A DNA stretch of 64,000 nucleotides, from assembly GCA_054600435.1 (NCBI GenBank), contig BAAIJX010000011.1, positions 62,001 through 126,000 on the forward strand, written 5' to 3'. Every line of letters begins with the position of its first letter. Position 1 is the first letter of the stretch. Shown piece after piece: positions 12,601 to 22,824 of the stretch. The notes under the pieces are model-generated. The model was not told the DNA's origin and made no database searches. It saw nothing but the letters and a program-made list of their open reading frames with translations. The position numbers were made by a program, and so were the translations under genes. The stretch is from Neophaeotheca triangularis. Its lineage: Eukaryota.

Positions 12601-14362
12601 CCTTAACGACAACGCCCCCGTCTACCTCCGCGAAGCCGTCGCCATCATCAAAGACGCACCTACCGTTAACGACTCCGCTAAAGCAGCCCTCGACCTGGTC
12701 ACCGCCATTCTTCGCGAAAAGCGCGCAGTCAAAATCAAGGAAACTGATATTGCCGTTTTGCTCAAAACTCTCAAGCCCGACCTCGACGAGCCGGACCGCC
12801 AGGGTATCATCTACAAATTCCTGCGCGCCGTGCTCGGTCGCAAGATTGTCATCACGGAAGTCTACGAGATCATGGACGACGTGGCCAAGATGATGGTCAT
12901 GAACCCCGACAATGCTATCCGCGAGAGCGCTCGCAGTGCTTACGTGCAGTTCGTGCTCGAGTACCCACAGGGCAAGGATAGGTGGGCAAAGCAGACGGCG
13001 TTCTATGTCAAGAACTTGGACTATGCGCACAAGTCTGGGCGGCAGAGTGTTATGGAGTTGCTGCATCAGTTGCTGAATAAGTTGCCAGAGGAGGCGGTCC
13101 AACAGCTAGCGCCTACACTATTTGCCGCGCTGGTCTTGCGTTTGGCAAATGATCCCGAAGTCGCTTGTAAGGAGATGGCGGGGATACTGGTGGCGAAGCT
13201 TTTTGAGAGGGCTGATGAGGAGAGGTTGACATTCTTCGTGGATCGGATGCATAGTTGGCTGGGAAGCGAGGGGAATGTATTGCTTGTGCAGGCCGCGCTG
13301 CGGACTTGGACGATTGCGTTCCGCAGCGAGAGGGTCGGCAAGAAGGATGCTGTTGCTGTGCGTGCTAAGCTTACGGCGGTTGCTGAGGGTGCGGTCGAGA
13401 GCTGGAGCGCTGACGAGGGTGAGATGCTGAATCTGGCACTGCTCACCGTCTCAGCGATGCTGGAGACTACGCCCCAACTCGCGCTCGCAAAAGAAAGTGC
13501 AGACCTATGGTTCGCTGTGCAGCGCTGTCTGGCCTTTCCTCACGACAACGTCAAGCTCAACGCAGCCACCCTGCTGGGCCAGTACTTCCAAGGCATCGCC
13601 AGCACAAGCTCAAAGACCGAACAAGGTTTGGCGGGCCTACCGCTCCGCGGCTCCGGCGGCTTGCAGCTAACCGCAGACGACATGCGCCGACTATGCGGCG
13701 CCTCCCTACGCGTGCTCCGCTCAGGCGGGAGCGCAGAGGCCGCTACAATCCGCAACATTGCCTTCCTGGGTCGCTGCTTCGCGGCTAACAACATCGAATG
13801 GCCGCGCAAGTCCTCCGACGAGGAAGAACCCGAAGCCGAGGAAGACATGGCAGCCTCAGCCGAGACCGAAGCCACCAAAACCACACCTCTTACGGCTCTA
13901 GAAGTGCTCCTAACCCGCCTCTCGGCCACCATCCGCCGCGAAGCTCTCCCCCCTTCAGCACGCCTAGCCGCTCTAAACAGCCAAGCAGCCCTCCTCGCTC
14001 TCATTCCCTCCGTCGACTCCCTCGCCTCGGTCCTCCAACCGCTCCTTCGACCTCTGTACATCCTAACCGACGCCTCCATTCCACAACAACCTGGTGAAGG
14101 CTACCGCGACCTCAGCGACCGCGCCCGCGAACTCTTAGACGTCTTGCAAAAGAAGCTAGGATCCGAGGAGTATGTGAGGCAAATGGGGTTGGTGAGGAGG
14201 GGTGTCAAGGCTACGAGGGAGGAGCGCAGGGTTAAGAGGCGTGTGGAGGCTGTTGCTGAGCCGGAGAAATGGGCTGCGGAGAAGAGGAGAAAGCTGGGGG
14301 CGAAGAAGGCGAGGGATAAGGTGCACGGGCAGGAGATGAGGGGAAGGAGGAGGGGTTGGTGA
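6674..14362 (+). CDS. UTP20: U3 snoRNA-associated HEAT-repeat protein Utp20 (single exon, about 2560 aa)
   Basis: HRFQPFSERI N-terminus, LALPSHSIR, RFGYQLHVMSFTVH, DIFG...MKEVKSSKSFDT, YAHKSGRQSVMEL; probable start MAPISRP at 6674 (ORF opens at 6575). Confidence 0.93.
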   Translation: MAPISRPRSVKASKVVKPKTSRKTGTPSSRQHRFQPFSERIAKLKIDAVRRRRADQEELSEDSASYLGRSLEEWLDLNLSRTFTEFQKHLLPLCDSLPEVLHNDDRIMDLLVTYIEKGDALAMEPLLSLMSHFAHDLDSRFEKHFQRAVGTVAAVAAKHSDPAVIEWSFTCLAFLFKYLQRLLTPNLRPLYDLMAPYLGKEIQKPFIIRFTAESLSFLARKAAVKYERDPEPLDLIMRHMLEDAAQPGTSHSDNLHCQGVMTLLTEAITGAQHGLHTGGNAVVRSLMKHVMMFGGSEKEDAATNILTGVLTSTIHHTTPETFSPVLDSVVFISNSEKGDARVKIASHALFTIVSVRKASRVTDWNSLLDVLTSTIRSGIESESWSDTTREAVLGAFAISMQSAPVNAILSRQAFFGDLRNGQWSSHFLRFCDLFARLGRERFDTFVLPCFKKFVVEQFSGNEKQTCSLLPQLLSGRASAQPQCPEKLQKWILHSIKQIHLNAEHADALSSANEALSASSYLKISDETTAELRTSLLDILRRALNSADDIPTSLLGFATGPVLARLLELSEDDAQLSASLPSLFAASHRCMAMPSFWSNLFHLIKRSPAVKTNTPDMETLREALIDSLALPSHSIREIVLDILQLLYQQEGAKESEALASAIRVESMPVSLDTSREINMNIRRLASAYSEVAENDLLCRAIPMYCFGLLHLKLSQAWDEAINTMAEICKHSKGEEIVIGLTQKWLEGGSDFDVETVETNAIVDVNTDGFKVFSDFACPNKAKITAIVEQVFQQENSGYPSPKQQLKAASQQVSLISPRAREQALRILTKLPQLAEKRSRLLVPVLLRWAGSIDSYDDDEAGAQHHQRWSRKDQKSMLNVFAQFVNPRVLYKSEEVYAALLGLCANGDAEIQRSALKALMAWKIPAVNRYEEHLNNLLDDARFREEVSVFLQGESGDAAIRAEDHGELMPVLLRLLYGRAVAGGKHGQNTRRKAIFVALAQYDPAVLKMFVDIALSSASKSDVLSESGAVSDAALQELNMPLRQQLGMLNMVYDMLDTLGSELEPSARQIFDAVLLCSTKASRALNVTEDTQELKDQSLLRSIRQLGLQCQVRLFTKFAGSIQNVQAKAAVVELVTPRLPNFASENAQSVSGMLRLFAAWSSSTETVSYLVDFDEGVIEQIARLLREPSAKDEVRLFVLQEIINNLLAESIDQAVLERYIPTIVQSLREVLRQQPAKDILDAGVTTTAEIAARITDPKEAAAVVDVCSMLLAKPSKAVSARTKAGLLRTLLPLIDRTDIDAESSLYDTISGLFSRLFDQDARTALSEVLVKLCRNNADLLVSADICTGMNARDSTRLDEPDHQKREAVFNAIATGCDGFTLKQWKPIVHNCLFYIRDSEDLVNRTSASSTLERFIDKAVVSPQVDEYRSFMQASLMPSIERGMSESSELVRAEYLRILGCVVVKFPTWSAVEGLEPLTANNDEEASFFLNALHIQHHRRLRAVRRLGEARLSSYHVTKLFLPFLEQFIFDRAEGDSGLTLADLSIQAIASLAGYMSWSSWRATFKRYAGYLTTKLEVQKAVLRLLGALIDALHRAVKETDEDTAMNEAGKPALATSLPQSDIRCEKTTDELLPPLTDFLHLKDESTVDRRVPVALTVVKLLDTLPVSEFAQRLPGVLMNLSQVLRSKSQEARDQTRKTMFAISAVIGPRYFGFMVKELRSALRFGYQLHVMSFTVHSLLVSAGERLQPGDLDEFIPELTSVIMDDIFGVTGQEKEAEEYKSGMKEVKSSKSFDTMEILARLTSVPHLGQLIKPVRALLSEKLDSNSVKKIDELLIRVRKGVDQNPAANSREILTFCYEIVRLVETEQAAKIENDSGRIGESGRKERPRDDYKVKKYLIQMKSNKKLGLTSSTSHQYKLVSFGLSLVRRVVRRHEDLASPANMAGFLPIAGDALIQGHEEVRDAAVKLLSTIIRVPLATLNDNAPVYLREAVAIIKDAPTVNDSAKAALDLVTAILREKRAVKIKETDIAVLLKTLKPDLDEPDRQGIIYKFLRAVLGRKIVITEVYEIMDDVAKMMVMNPDNAIRESARSAYVQFVLEYPQGKDRWAKQTAFYVKNLDYAHKSGRQSVMELLHQLLNKLPEEAVQQLAPTLFAALVLRLANDPEVACKEMAGILVAKLFERADEERLTFFVDRMHSWLGSEGNVLLVQAALRTWTIAFRSERVGKKDAVAVRAKLTAVAEGAVESWSADEGEMLNLALLTVSAMLETTPQLALAKESADLWFAVQRCLAFPHDNVKLNAATLLGQYFQGIASTSSKTEQGLAGLPLRGSGGLQLTADDMRRLCGASLRVLRSGGSAEAATIRNIAFLGRCFAANNIEWPRKSSDEEEPEAEEDMAASAETEATKTTPLTALEVLLTRLSATIRREALPPSARLAALNSQAALLALIPSVDSLASVLQPLLRPLYILTDASIPQQPGEGYRDLSDRARELLDVLQKKLGSEEYVRQMGLVRRGVKATREERRVKRRVEAVAEPEKWAAEKRRKLGAKKARDKVHGQEMRGRRRGW

Positions 14363-15298
14363 TGTGCTTGTTATTGTTGATTGATGTGGAGTTGAAGGGT
14401 GTGATATGGGGGCGTTGGGTTGGAGAGGTGGATGTAGCGATACCCTGTTCTATTGCATTCTAAATTGAACTTGAAGATTTTGAGAAGAGACTCCTTTCCA
14501 ATGCCGCACGGAGAGGATGGGTGACCGTTGTGGTATTATTACGAGCCCCTGAAAGAGCAATGCCACAGGCGGATCGGATTTTCAACACCACTAGGGTGAA
14601 AAGAGCTTCGGGTGAGGGTTTGGGTTGGAACTATTCGGTTAGGGAGCAATCATGGAAGGTAATTCATCATCATGTAAGTCTTGGTGCCTTCCTGAGACCC
14701 ATTGCCATCTGTCACAGACAAAGCAGGGCCAATATAACGGTGGCTGTGGCTTTTCCGCGGAAGATAAATTGTCGCTGGCAGGCAGCTCAGACTGCGTGAG
14801 TACACCAAAAGGTTTTACGAGGATTAAATGTGTTGTGGATTGTCGCGACAAGTCTGAATTATTTCGGAGCAGCGTTGACACATGAATACCTGCGTACATC
14901 ACTTATTGCACGCCGGAGTGCTCCAAGAATGAATGTCTACAGAACGGCAAGGTTCATCCTCTACACGTGCTTCTCCCGGCGGAAGGAGGTGAGGTTGAGG
15001 TAGACATCCGGTCCGGGTACCGGCGTTGTGCAACGTGAAGCCGACGCCGAATATGATTCGCCAGATTACCTTGCCGAAGTGCATCCGCCGGGTAACTTTT
15101 TCCCCAAGCCGAGGGCGACATGCTCCACCACCTTCTCTAGTGAGCCCAGACACAGACGGTGCTTGCTTTTGCCCAACACCTCTCACTATTTCCTGTACTC
15201 TTCTCGCTCAGTTGTGCAGGCTTGATTCCTCTGTCTCTGAACTCTTGCCAAGTTATATTAATTACCACTCCCGCAGCCATTGGGTCGCTAGCTACACC

Positions 15299-17908
15299 AT
15301 GAAGTCGGTGCAATCCCAGTGGCCCACCAGCTAATTCCAGCAGCTCAAGCTAATGTTGTAACAGGTTCGGCCAGCAACTCCGCAGCTCGCTGATCAAAGA
15401 CTGGTACTACTACTACATCTCGTACGACGATCTGAAGAAGTCGCTCGAGACGCCCTACGACCACGCCAACACCCCTCGAGGCGGTAATCCCCAGCGAAAA
15501 GCATGGACTGAAGAGGACGAGCAACGCTTCGTGGATGAGCTGGAGCAGGAATTGGACAAGGTGTATACTTTTCAAAAGGTCAAATCACAGGAGATAATAC
15601 GGCGGATCAAGACGTCGGAGAAGGAAGTCAACGATGCCATCTCCAGGACAGAGGCGGCCACCAGTCAGGATGCCAATGCGAGTGTAGAGGATGCGCCCAC
15701 AGAGGAGGACTTTTCATTACTGGAGGAAGATCTGAGCGACATCATTGCGGATGTGCACGATCTCGCCAAGTTCACTCAATTGAACTACACGGGCTTCCAG
15801 AAGATCATCAAGAAGCACGACAAGCAGACCAATTGGCACCTGAAGCCAGTCTTTGCTGCGCGGTTACGAGCGAGACCTTTCTTCAAGGATGATTACGATA
15901 GCACTGTCATCAACTTGTCGAAGCTTTACGATCAGGTGCGGACACGCGGAACTCCTGCCACGGGCGACGCGAGCGCGGGCGGCAAGCAGCAGAATTTCGT
16001 CCGTCAGACGACCAAATACTGGGTGCATCCGGACAACATCACGGAGTTGAAGCTCATCATCTTGAAGCATTTGCCCGTGCTGGTGTTCAACCCAAGCAAA
16101 GAGTTTGAGAAGAAAGATTCTGCCATTTCGTCGATTTACTACGATAACGCGGACACGTGGGAGTTGTATCAGGGTCGCTTGAAGAAGACTGAAGGTGCGG
16201 AGGCTATTCGTCTGAGGTGGTATGGTGGTATGGATACGGATACTATTTTTGTGGAGCGCAAGACGCATCGGGAGGACTGGACTGGAGAGAAGAGTGTCAA
16301 GGCTCGGTTCTCGCTCAAGGAGAAGAATGTCAATGCTTTCTTGCGAGGTGACATGACTACCGAGCAGGTGTTTGAAAAGGCGAGGAGGGATGGCAAGAAG
16401 AGTAAGAAGGAGATTGACGATCTTGAGGCCCTGGCAAAGGAGATACAATTTCGGGTGATTGACCGCAAGCTTGAGCCTGTTACGCGGAGCTTCTACAACC
16501 GCACAGCTTTCCAGCTACCAGGTGATGCGCGGGTGAGAATCAGTTTGGACACCGAGCTGGCTATGACGAGGGAGGACAATCTCGATGGCAAAAAGAGGTC
16601 TGGCGACAACTGGCGCAGAACGGACATTGGCATCGACTGGCCCTTTTCGCAACTGCCTCCGTCAGACCTCGAGAAGTTCCCTTACGGCGTGCTCGAGGTG
16701 AAGCTACAAACCGCAGCTGGCCAGGAGCCCCCAGAGTGGATTCGCGAACTAACAGCCAGCCATCTCGTCGAGGCTGTGCCCAAGTTCTCAAAATTCATTC
16801 ACGGCTCTGCAACCCTCTTCCCTGACCGCATCAAGCTTCTACCGTTTTGGATGCCTCAAATGGATGTCGACATCCGCAAGCCCGTTTCCCACCACTTCGG
16901 CATTCAACGACCAGGGCACTCGACTGACGCCTCCACCTCCGCTGGTCTCGACCCTGATAGCGACGATGATGACGAAGACTACGAAGACGAGAACCAAGGC
17001 CCCGTTGCGCATCGCAACCAAGCCCATCGCGAACACCAATCCGACGACGAGAACGTCCGCCGTTTACGTGCCGCCCGCGACGCCCTGGAACAACACGAAG
17101 AGGAGCAACGCCTCGACTACGCCAATGGCACACGCCTCGACGGCGCAACTGCCAACGGCAACATCATGGACGAAGAAGAGCGCCTCAACAACGCCCCTCT
17201 CGCCTCCACCACCTACGACACCGACTATCCCATCTACGAATCCGACGATGAGGGTGACGAGGACGCCGACAGTCTGGCGGAAGCCAAGCGCATCGGCGGC
17301 TCAACCTACTACGCCAAATTGGCCAAATATCACACCCTAAACGCCGGCGACAAAATCTTGACCTTCCTCAAAGCCGCCACACCCGGTCCCAAAGCCACAT
17401 CCATACCCGCTCGCGAAGGTCGTATGGGAATCCCAGGCGGTGTAGCAGTCAGCGAGAAGCGTTTCCGGGCGCCGCCGGGCAAGAAAATCCACGTTCCCGT
17501 CCGTGTGGAGCCCAAGGTCTCCTTCGCCGCTGAGCGCACTTTTCTAAGCTGGGTAAGCCACCAGCCTCCCCCATTCCTCCCTCCCTTACAAACCAATCCA
17601 GCCCACTAACGAACTTTCAGCTCGAATTCTCAATCATCCTCGGCTCCATTGCCGCCACTCTGCTAAATTTCGGCGACTCCCTATCTCTCGCCTCGGCCTG
17701 GTGTTTCACACTCGTCGCTCTGGCCGCACTGTTCTACTCCCTGGCCCTCTATCTGTGGCGCGTGGATAAGATTAAAAACCGCCGGGCCGTTAGCTTTCAC
17801 GATCGTTTTGGCCCGACGGTGTTGTGTTTTATGCTATTTGGTGCCTGTGCTGTTAGTTTCGGCTATCGGTTTGCTGGGCATGGGGAGAGTGGGGGATTGA
17901 AGGGGTGA
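15299..17908 (+). CDS. VTC4: Vacuolar transporter chaperone 4 (polyphosphate polymerase; SPX-VTC-DUF202), 3 exons
   Basis: Exons 15299-15303, 15365-17552, 17621-17908; MKFGQQL...[12 protein letters not shown] start, [46 protein letters not shown], three C-terminal TM helices; intron 1 donor is GTCGGT. Confidence 0.95.
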
Positions 17909-18283
17909 GTAGGAAACATGGAACGGAGAAGGAGGTATAGATGGAGGCTTGGTTTGCGCGTTCTAGCGTTTCGGTGGCAGGGGTTTTTGTAGATGCTAGG
18001 TTGGGTTTGTATTGTATTTTGCTGACAATGTCTTGTCTGAGCCGGGTGCGGTGCTTCCTGTCTTGAAGTATCGTCGTGCCGCCCAGGTCATTCTTTCGTA
18101 CTGCACAGCTAGATTGCCTACTAGAGGCTTTGATTTAAGGCTTTTGAGTTCTCTTCATGCTGCCGGTGACACACAACTCCACTAGCTCATGACCCAACTC
18201 CATCATGTTCGCAAGTGAAGGTCTCCATGCTTCTAGCAAAGTATTGCAAAACGGCAGCCGAACAAGACTAGCCACGAAGAATG

Positions 18284-18294
18284 GAAGAAAGAAA

Positions 18295-18331
<37 letters not shown>
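18284..18331. repeat. (GAAA)n microsatellite
   Basis: Read directly, between the convergent VTC4 and INP1 3' ends. Confidence 0.9.
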
Positions 18332-18435
18332 CCAAATAGACGTCTTCTTTCCGAGTATCCCAAAAAAACTTCATTACGCAAGGGTATCATTAAGCACAAC
18401 CTATCGTTCATCCGATCAATCAATCAATCAATCAA

Positions 18436-20526
18436 TCAATCACTGTCCACCTCCCTCTCCCATCCCCTCCTCCTCCCATCATCCCAATTCCTCTCAAAAC
18501 CCCCAACCCCCGCAGCAGCCTTCGCCCTCCGAACCGGACTCCTCAACGGCACCCCAAAATCATCTTCCTCCTCCTCCTCATCCACCACCTCCTCCCCACC
18601 CCCATCCCCCAAGCTCAGTTCATCTCCCAGATCAAAACTCCCCGGCACATGCACCTTCCCACCACCACCAGTCGACCAGACACCCCCCGCGACGTCCCCG
18701 ACTCCATTCCCGAACCGCCCGACTCTAGCGGCGATCCGTAGCATCAGTGCCACCAGTCCTGCCGGTGGTCCGAGGAAGACGGCGCAAGCTTTGCGCACGA
18801 GGATGGAGGGGGAGGGGAAGAGGGGGGGTTTCGGTGGGAGGGCTCTTGGGCGCGTGGTGGTTGTGGAGTTGGAGGAGGAGGAGGAGGAAGAGGAGGAGTA
18901 GCGCCGGGTTTGCGGTGCGCAGAGGGTGGTTGGGGAGCCGATGGATTGGCGGGCGCGGATGTGGGCGTGTATGCGGGCGTAGGGGTCGTCTGGGGCGGAG
19001 GTGATGGTGGCGGAGGGGGTTGGGCGGGGTGGAGTGCTGGGCGCGCGGTCGGAGGTGTCGGGGAGGTTTCGTGGTTGGCTTTGTGTGGAAGGTGCGCTGT
19101 CGGATTGTTGCGCTTCTTGCGGGTCAGCCACATGAGCAGCTGCTTCCAGAGTTGTGCTGGAGTTTTGGTTGGAGGTGTAGGCTAGTTCGTTAGCATGGTT
19201 CGCAGCCTGGGTGTCGTTTGTTGCGTCTACTCTGTTCTCTCCAATTCCTTCTTCAAATGCTTCCATCTCGTTGTTCGTCTGCTCGCTAAGCGTTGATTCC
19301 ACGCTATCGGCAGCTTTCCTTGGAGCGTCGGTTTCGTCTTCATTGCCGGTCCACTCTCGCTCATCTTCCTTGGCGAAATTCGCTTCCTCACGTCGTTGGC
19401 TGATATCCTGTCGTGCTCGATCGTCGGTTCTGGTCGGTGTGCGGGGATCGACATATTCTTGGCCTGCACTAGAGTCTGGAGGGGAAGGTGGCATATCTGT
19501 TGGTATGGATTCGAAACGCACCGAGTGGCGTTGTTGGGCGCCGGCTTCGACGTGTTCTTCGGCGGTTTCATCAACTTCGGCAGGTGGCTGTAGAGACGTT
19601 TTTGATCGCGATTTTGAAGGTGGCGTGGAGCTCATAGTAAGCTGGGGCGGAGCAGTGACTGAGCGTAGGTTGCTAAGTCGTGTAGGCTTGTGAGGAGTAG
19701 CAACGTCAAGCCCCTTGACTTGGTCAACCAGCTCGTCGCTTTCACCCTCCTGCTGATCTTCCGAAGACGACTCCTCTGCCCCTTCTTCATCCCTGACATG
19801 CGCACTTCCCGAGATGGAAGAATCCGTGCTCCCTCTCCTTTCAGGCTCGGATCCATCCTCAGGCTTCCAACTATACGCTCTCTGCAATCTCCACTTCTTC
19901 GCCGGCCCTGAACTCCGCCGCCTACTCTTCTTGATCTTCGCCCCTTCCTCCGGTAACTCCACTGTGAACGTCCTTGCAAAAGGACAAGGCGTGCGCTCGT
20001 AGAAAAGCACTTTCTTAAGCGTCAATTTCAATCCCTCCACCAGTTCGAGTTCTTCAGCCGTCTTTCCCGGTAATTCGATGCGATAGTACGTGTCTTGTAG
20101 CACGCGAAAAGCGAACTTGCTAACCCCGTCGACACACCAACACTGACTGCGCGGCATTATCGCATGCAGCAGTGCGCCGGAGTGCAGGAATGATACAGAG
20201 CCTGGGACACGATAGATTTCCAAGGGTCCAGCAGCCATAGTCCGTTCGGTCGGAGAAGCCCATGGTAACGTTCCCGTTGACTGATGGTTGGGAGTGTTTC
20301 GTGGAGATGCTGAGCCAGCGCTGCTGTTTGCTCGTGACGGGGAAGATGTGCTGAATTTGACGACGTTTGCATTTGGATGGACGTAGAGCGTTTCGACGTC
20401 TTTTGTCGAGCCGAGCTCTGCCGAAGATTGCTTATGCGATATACCTGCGAGTTTCGGAGGGAGGGTGAAGGAGCGCTGAGCGACGGCGCGTCGAGGCGTT
20501 TCTGGAGGGTTTGGTGCGGTTGCCAT
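18436..20526 (-). CDS. INP1: Inheritance-of-peroxisomes protein 1 (Inp1 domain) with low-complexity C-terminus
   Basis: ETLYVHPNANVVKF...GTLPWASPTERTMAAGPLEIYRVPGSVSFLHSGALLHAIMPRSQCWCVDG...FYERTPCPF; start MATAP at 20526. Confidence 0.75.
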   Translation of the reverse strand: MATAPNPPETPRRAVAQRSFTLPPKLAGISHKQSSAELGSTKDVETLYVHPNANVVKFSTSSPSRANSSAGSASPRNTPNHQSTGTLPWASPTERTMAAGPLEIYRVPGSVSFLHSGALLHAIMPRSQCWCVDGVSKFAFRVLQDTYYRIELPGKTAEELELVEGLKLTLKKVLFYERTPCPFARTFTVELPEEGAKIKKSRRRSSGPAKKWRLQRAYSWKPEDGSEPERRGSTDSSISGSAHVRDEEGAEESSSEDQQEGESDELVDQVKGLDVATPHKPTRLSNLRSVTAPPQLTMSSTPPSKSRSKTSLQPPAEVDETAEEHVEAGAQQRHSVRFESIPTDMPPSPPDSSAGQEYVDPRTPTRTDDRARQDISQRREEANFAKEDEREWTGNEDETDAPRKAADSVESTLSEQTNNEMEAFEEGIGENRVDATNDTQAANHANELAYTSNQNSSTTLEAAAHVADPQEAQQSDSAPSTQSQPRNLPDTSDRAPSTPPRPTPSATITSAPDDPYARIHAHIRARQSIGSPTTLCAPQTRRYSSSSSSSSSNSTTTTRPRALPPKPPLFPSPSILVRKACAVFLGPPAGLVALMLRIAARVGRFGNGVGDVAGGVWSTGGGGKVHVPGSFDLGDELSLGDGGGEEVVDEEEEEDDFGVPLRSPVRRAKAAAGVGGFERNWDDGRRRGWEREVDSD

Positions 20527-20991
20527 GGTCTTGTTTGTCTGGTAGAGGTCGCTATTGTTGCCGATCGGCAGTGGTTCGAACCATAGAGCCGAGTAGTGGC
20601 TCGGTCGATGAGAGGTGGGATGTCGAGGATGCTCCAAAGAAGAAGGGGAACATTTGCGACAAGTGGGCTCAAGTGGGCTCAAGTGAAGATGCCGTGGCTG
20701 CAGATGCTCGACAGGGGTTCAAACGTCAACGGCCCGCCCGGGCTTTGCCGCCGGCATGATCCCTGCCATACCATCACTCCCCGCTAAAGCACCCCGCCAT
20801 TACTTGCGTTTGTTCGCGTGCTGTGGCTGAGGTGCTGTGCGGGCTGTTTCCACCGCTGCGTTATCGGCAAAAGGCCTGATTTCCTTCCTTTCCACCATCT
20901 CGTCCTATTTAACTACTACTACCACCTACACACCACCTCCCTCTCCCTCCCACCTCCTACCCCCTACCACCTTAGGGTGTCCACCGCCGAG

Positions 20992-22236
20992 ATGAGCCTG
21001 CTCGAATCGAGCTCCTTCGAGCCCAATGCCATCCTCCGCGGTGCGCAGCTCACCATTGTCGGCGCCAATCGAGCTCTCCGAAACCCGAAACTCTTCACCA
21101 GCGAGCATTACCGCCAGGCCGCCATGGCAGTGGCCGCAGGTGTAGCAATCCGTCTCATCGTCGCCATACCTGTACGATTCTCTCTCGCCCTGCAAATCCT
21201 CTCCCTCCACTAAGAATCCCTACCCCCAACAGAGCGTAGGCATCCGCCTCTTCATCCGCTTCCTCGCCCTCTTCACCGACCTCACCGACTCAACCTGGGA
21301 TCAAGACCTCATCAACGGCCTAGAATTCATCGAACACTCAGTCCTCCAAGTCCCCTTCTTCCTCATGACCTTTATGCGATACCTCTCCCCGACCCTGGAC
21401 AACATGTTCATGGACTCGCTGGCGTGGGTCGACAAGACATATATGCAGAAACACCAGTCCGAGAACCCGGAACAGCTGCGCGCAATGTACTATCCCAACC
21501 TTAAACTCTACGACTCGCATGGTTCGCAGCAGGAGAGAGATCCGTGGGATGCGGCGATGAAGTTTTTGAAGCGGTTTGGGAAGAAAGCTGCGTTGAGTTT
21601 GGGCATTTACATGCTGAGTTTTTTGCCTTATGTTGGCCGCTTTGTACTGCCGGCGGCGAGTTTCTACACTTTCAACAAAGAGGCTGGGTTGCAGCCGGCT
21701 GTGTTGATATTTGGAAGCGCGCTGTTCTTGCCGAAGAAGTACCTGGTCATGTTTCTGCAGAGCTTCTTCAGCTCGAGGAGTTTGATGCGTGAGCTGGTGA
21801 GGCTTTCACCTATCTGCAACTCTAACGCGAAGTCGCTGCTAACAGGACCTCACAGCTCGAACCCTACTTCGCCCGCGTACAATACTCGCCTGCCCAGCGC
21901 CGCCTCTGGTTCCACGATCGTACGGGAGTTCTCTACGGTTTCGCAGTCGCCTTCTTCGTCTTCCTCAAGATTCCGCTCCTGGGCGTCCTCATCTACGGGG
22001 TCGCGGAAGCCTCAACAGCGTACCTCATCACGAAAATCACTGACCCGCCTCCCCCACCCGCCGAAGCCGAGGAGTTCAAGAAGAAGGACGTCAGATGGGA
22101 GAACAAGCACGAGTTCCTGAACTTGCCGGTGGGAGCGCTTGACGCTATTAATGTTAAAGGGAGCGGCAAAATGGGGGATATGACGAATCACCCCATAAAG
22201 CAAGGGTCTAAGATTGAAGGGAGGAAGTTCACGTAA
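20992..22236 (+). CDS. Transmembrane protein, UsgS/EI24-like, 3 exons
   Basis: Exons 20992-21171, 21233-21796, 21856-22236; FEPNAILRGAQLTIVGA...LDNMFMDSLAWVD...SRSLMRELLEPYF...AEASTAYLITKITDPPP. Confidence 0.8.
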
Positions 22237-22311
22237 CAGCTACCTCCCAGGCAGGTGTCTCATGACACTATACCCGCCTAAAAAAAGCAAGTTCAGCTCC
22301 CCGCGAGCCTC

Positions 22312-22824
22312 TCACACTATCGTTCTCATAGAAGCATTCTGCCCACTCGGCACCTCAAAAGGCCCATATCCCGGCCGCGGGAAGCTCGGACTACCATCCG
22401 CATTCCACCCAAACTTCTGCACGTACATGCGGTGGTGCAGGGCCGGGCAGGCGTAGTCGCAGTACATGTCCGCGGCTGGTGGGGCTTGGTCATCGTTGGA
22501 GTCGGCCGTGAAGAGGACGTACCAGCGGTCGTGCAGGTTGTGTAGTTCAGGCGTCCAGAGGTTGGTGCTGTAGCTTGTGTTTAGCGGTGGGATGAAGAGG
22601 GTGCGGGACTCGGGGGTGTTCCAGTCGGTCAGGATAGGGTAGAGGTTGAGGGAGATGTCCGTGGCGTTGGTGTAGAGCTGATACTAGAAGCGGTTGTGGC
22701 GGGTTACCCTTGGGTCGGCTGTTTCGGTCTTGAGGATGGGGTTGGTGGAGGTGTTATTTGGCTGGGCGAGGGAGAGGTCTAGCATGGTGGACATGGTGGT
22801 GGTGGTGATTGGTGGGAACTTCAT
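22312..22824 (-). pseudogene. Glycoside hydrolase family 43 (arabinofuranosidase-like) pseudogene
   Basis: One frame from ATG 22824 to TGA 22312 reads TNPIL...ADPRVTRHNRF*YQLYT...NLWTPELH...RWYVLFTAD...HHRMYVQKFGWNADGSPSFPRPGYGPFEVPSGQ; in-frame TAG at 22686-22684; central blades absent. Confidence 0.82.

Noticed and set aside
6884..14097. Many antisense and alternate-frame ORFs inside UTP20 and other long genes
   Set aside because: Expected shadows of GC-rich codon usage; no motifs.
18416..18442. (ATCA)n overlapping the stop codons of both INP1 and EMP70 (44141-44156)
   Set aside because: A common tetranucleotide repeat that contains TGA on the other strand; two cases are not enough to infer function.
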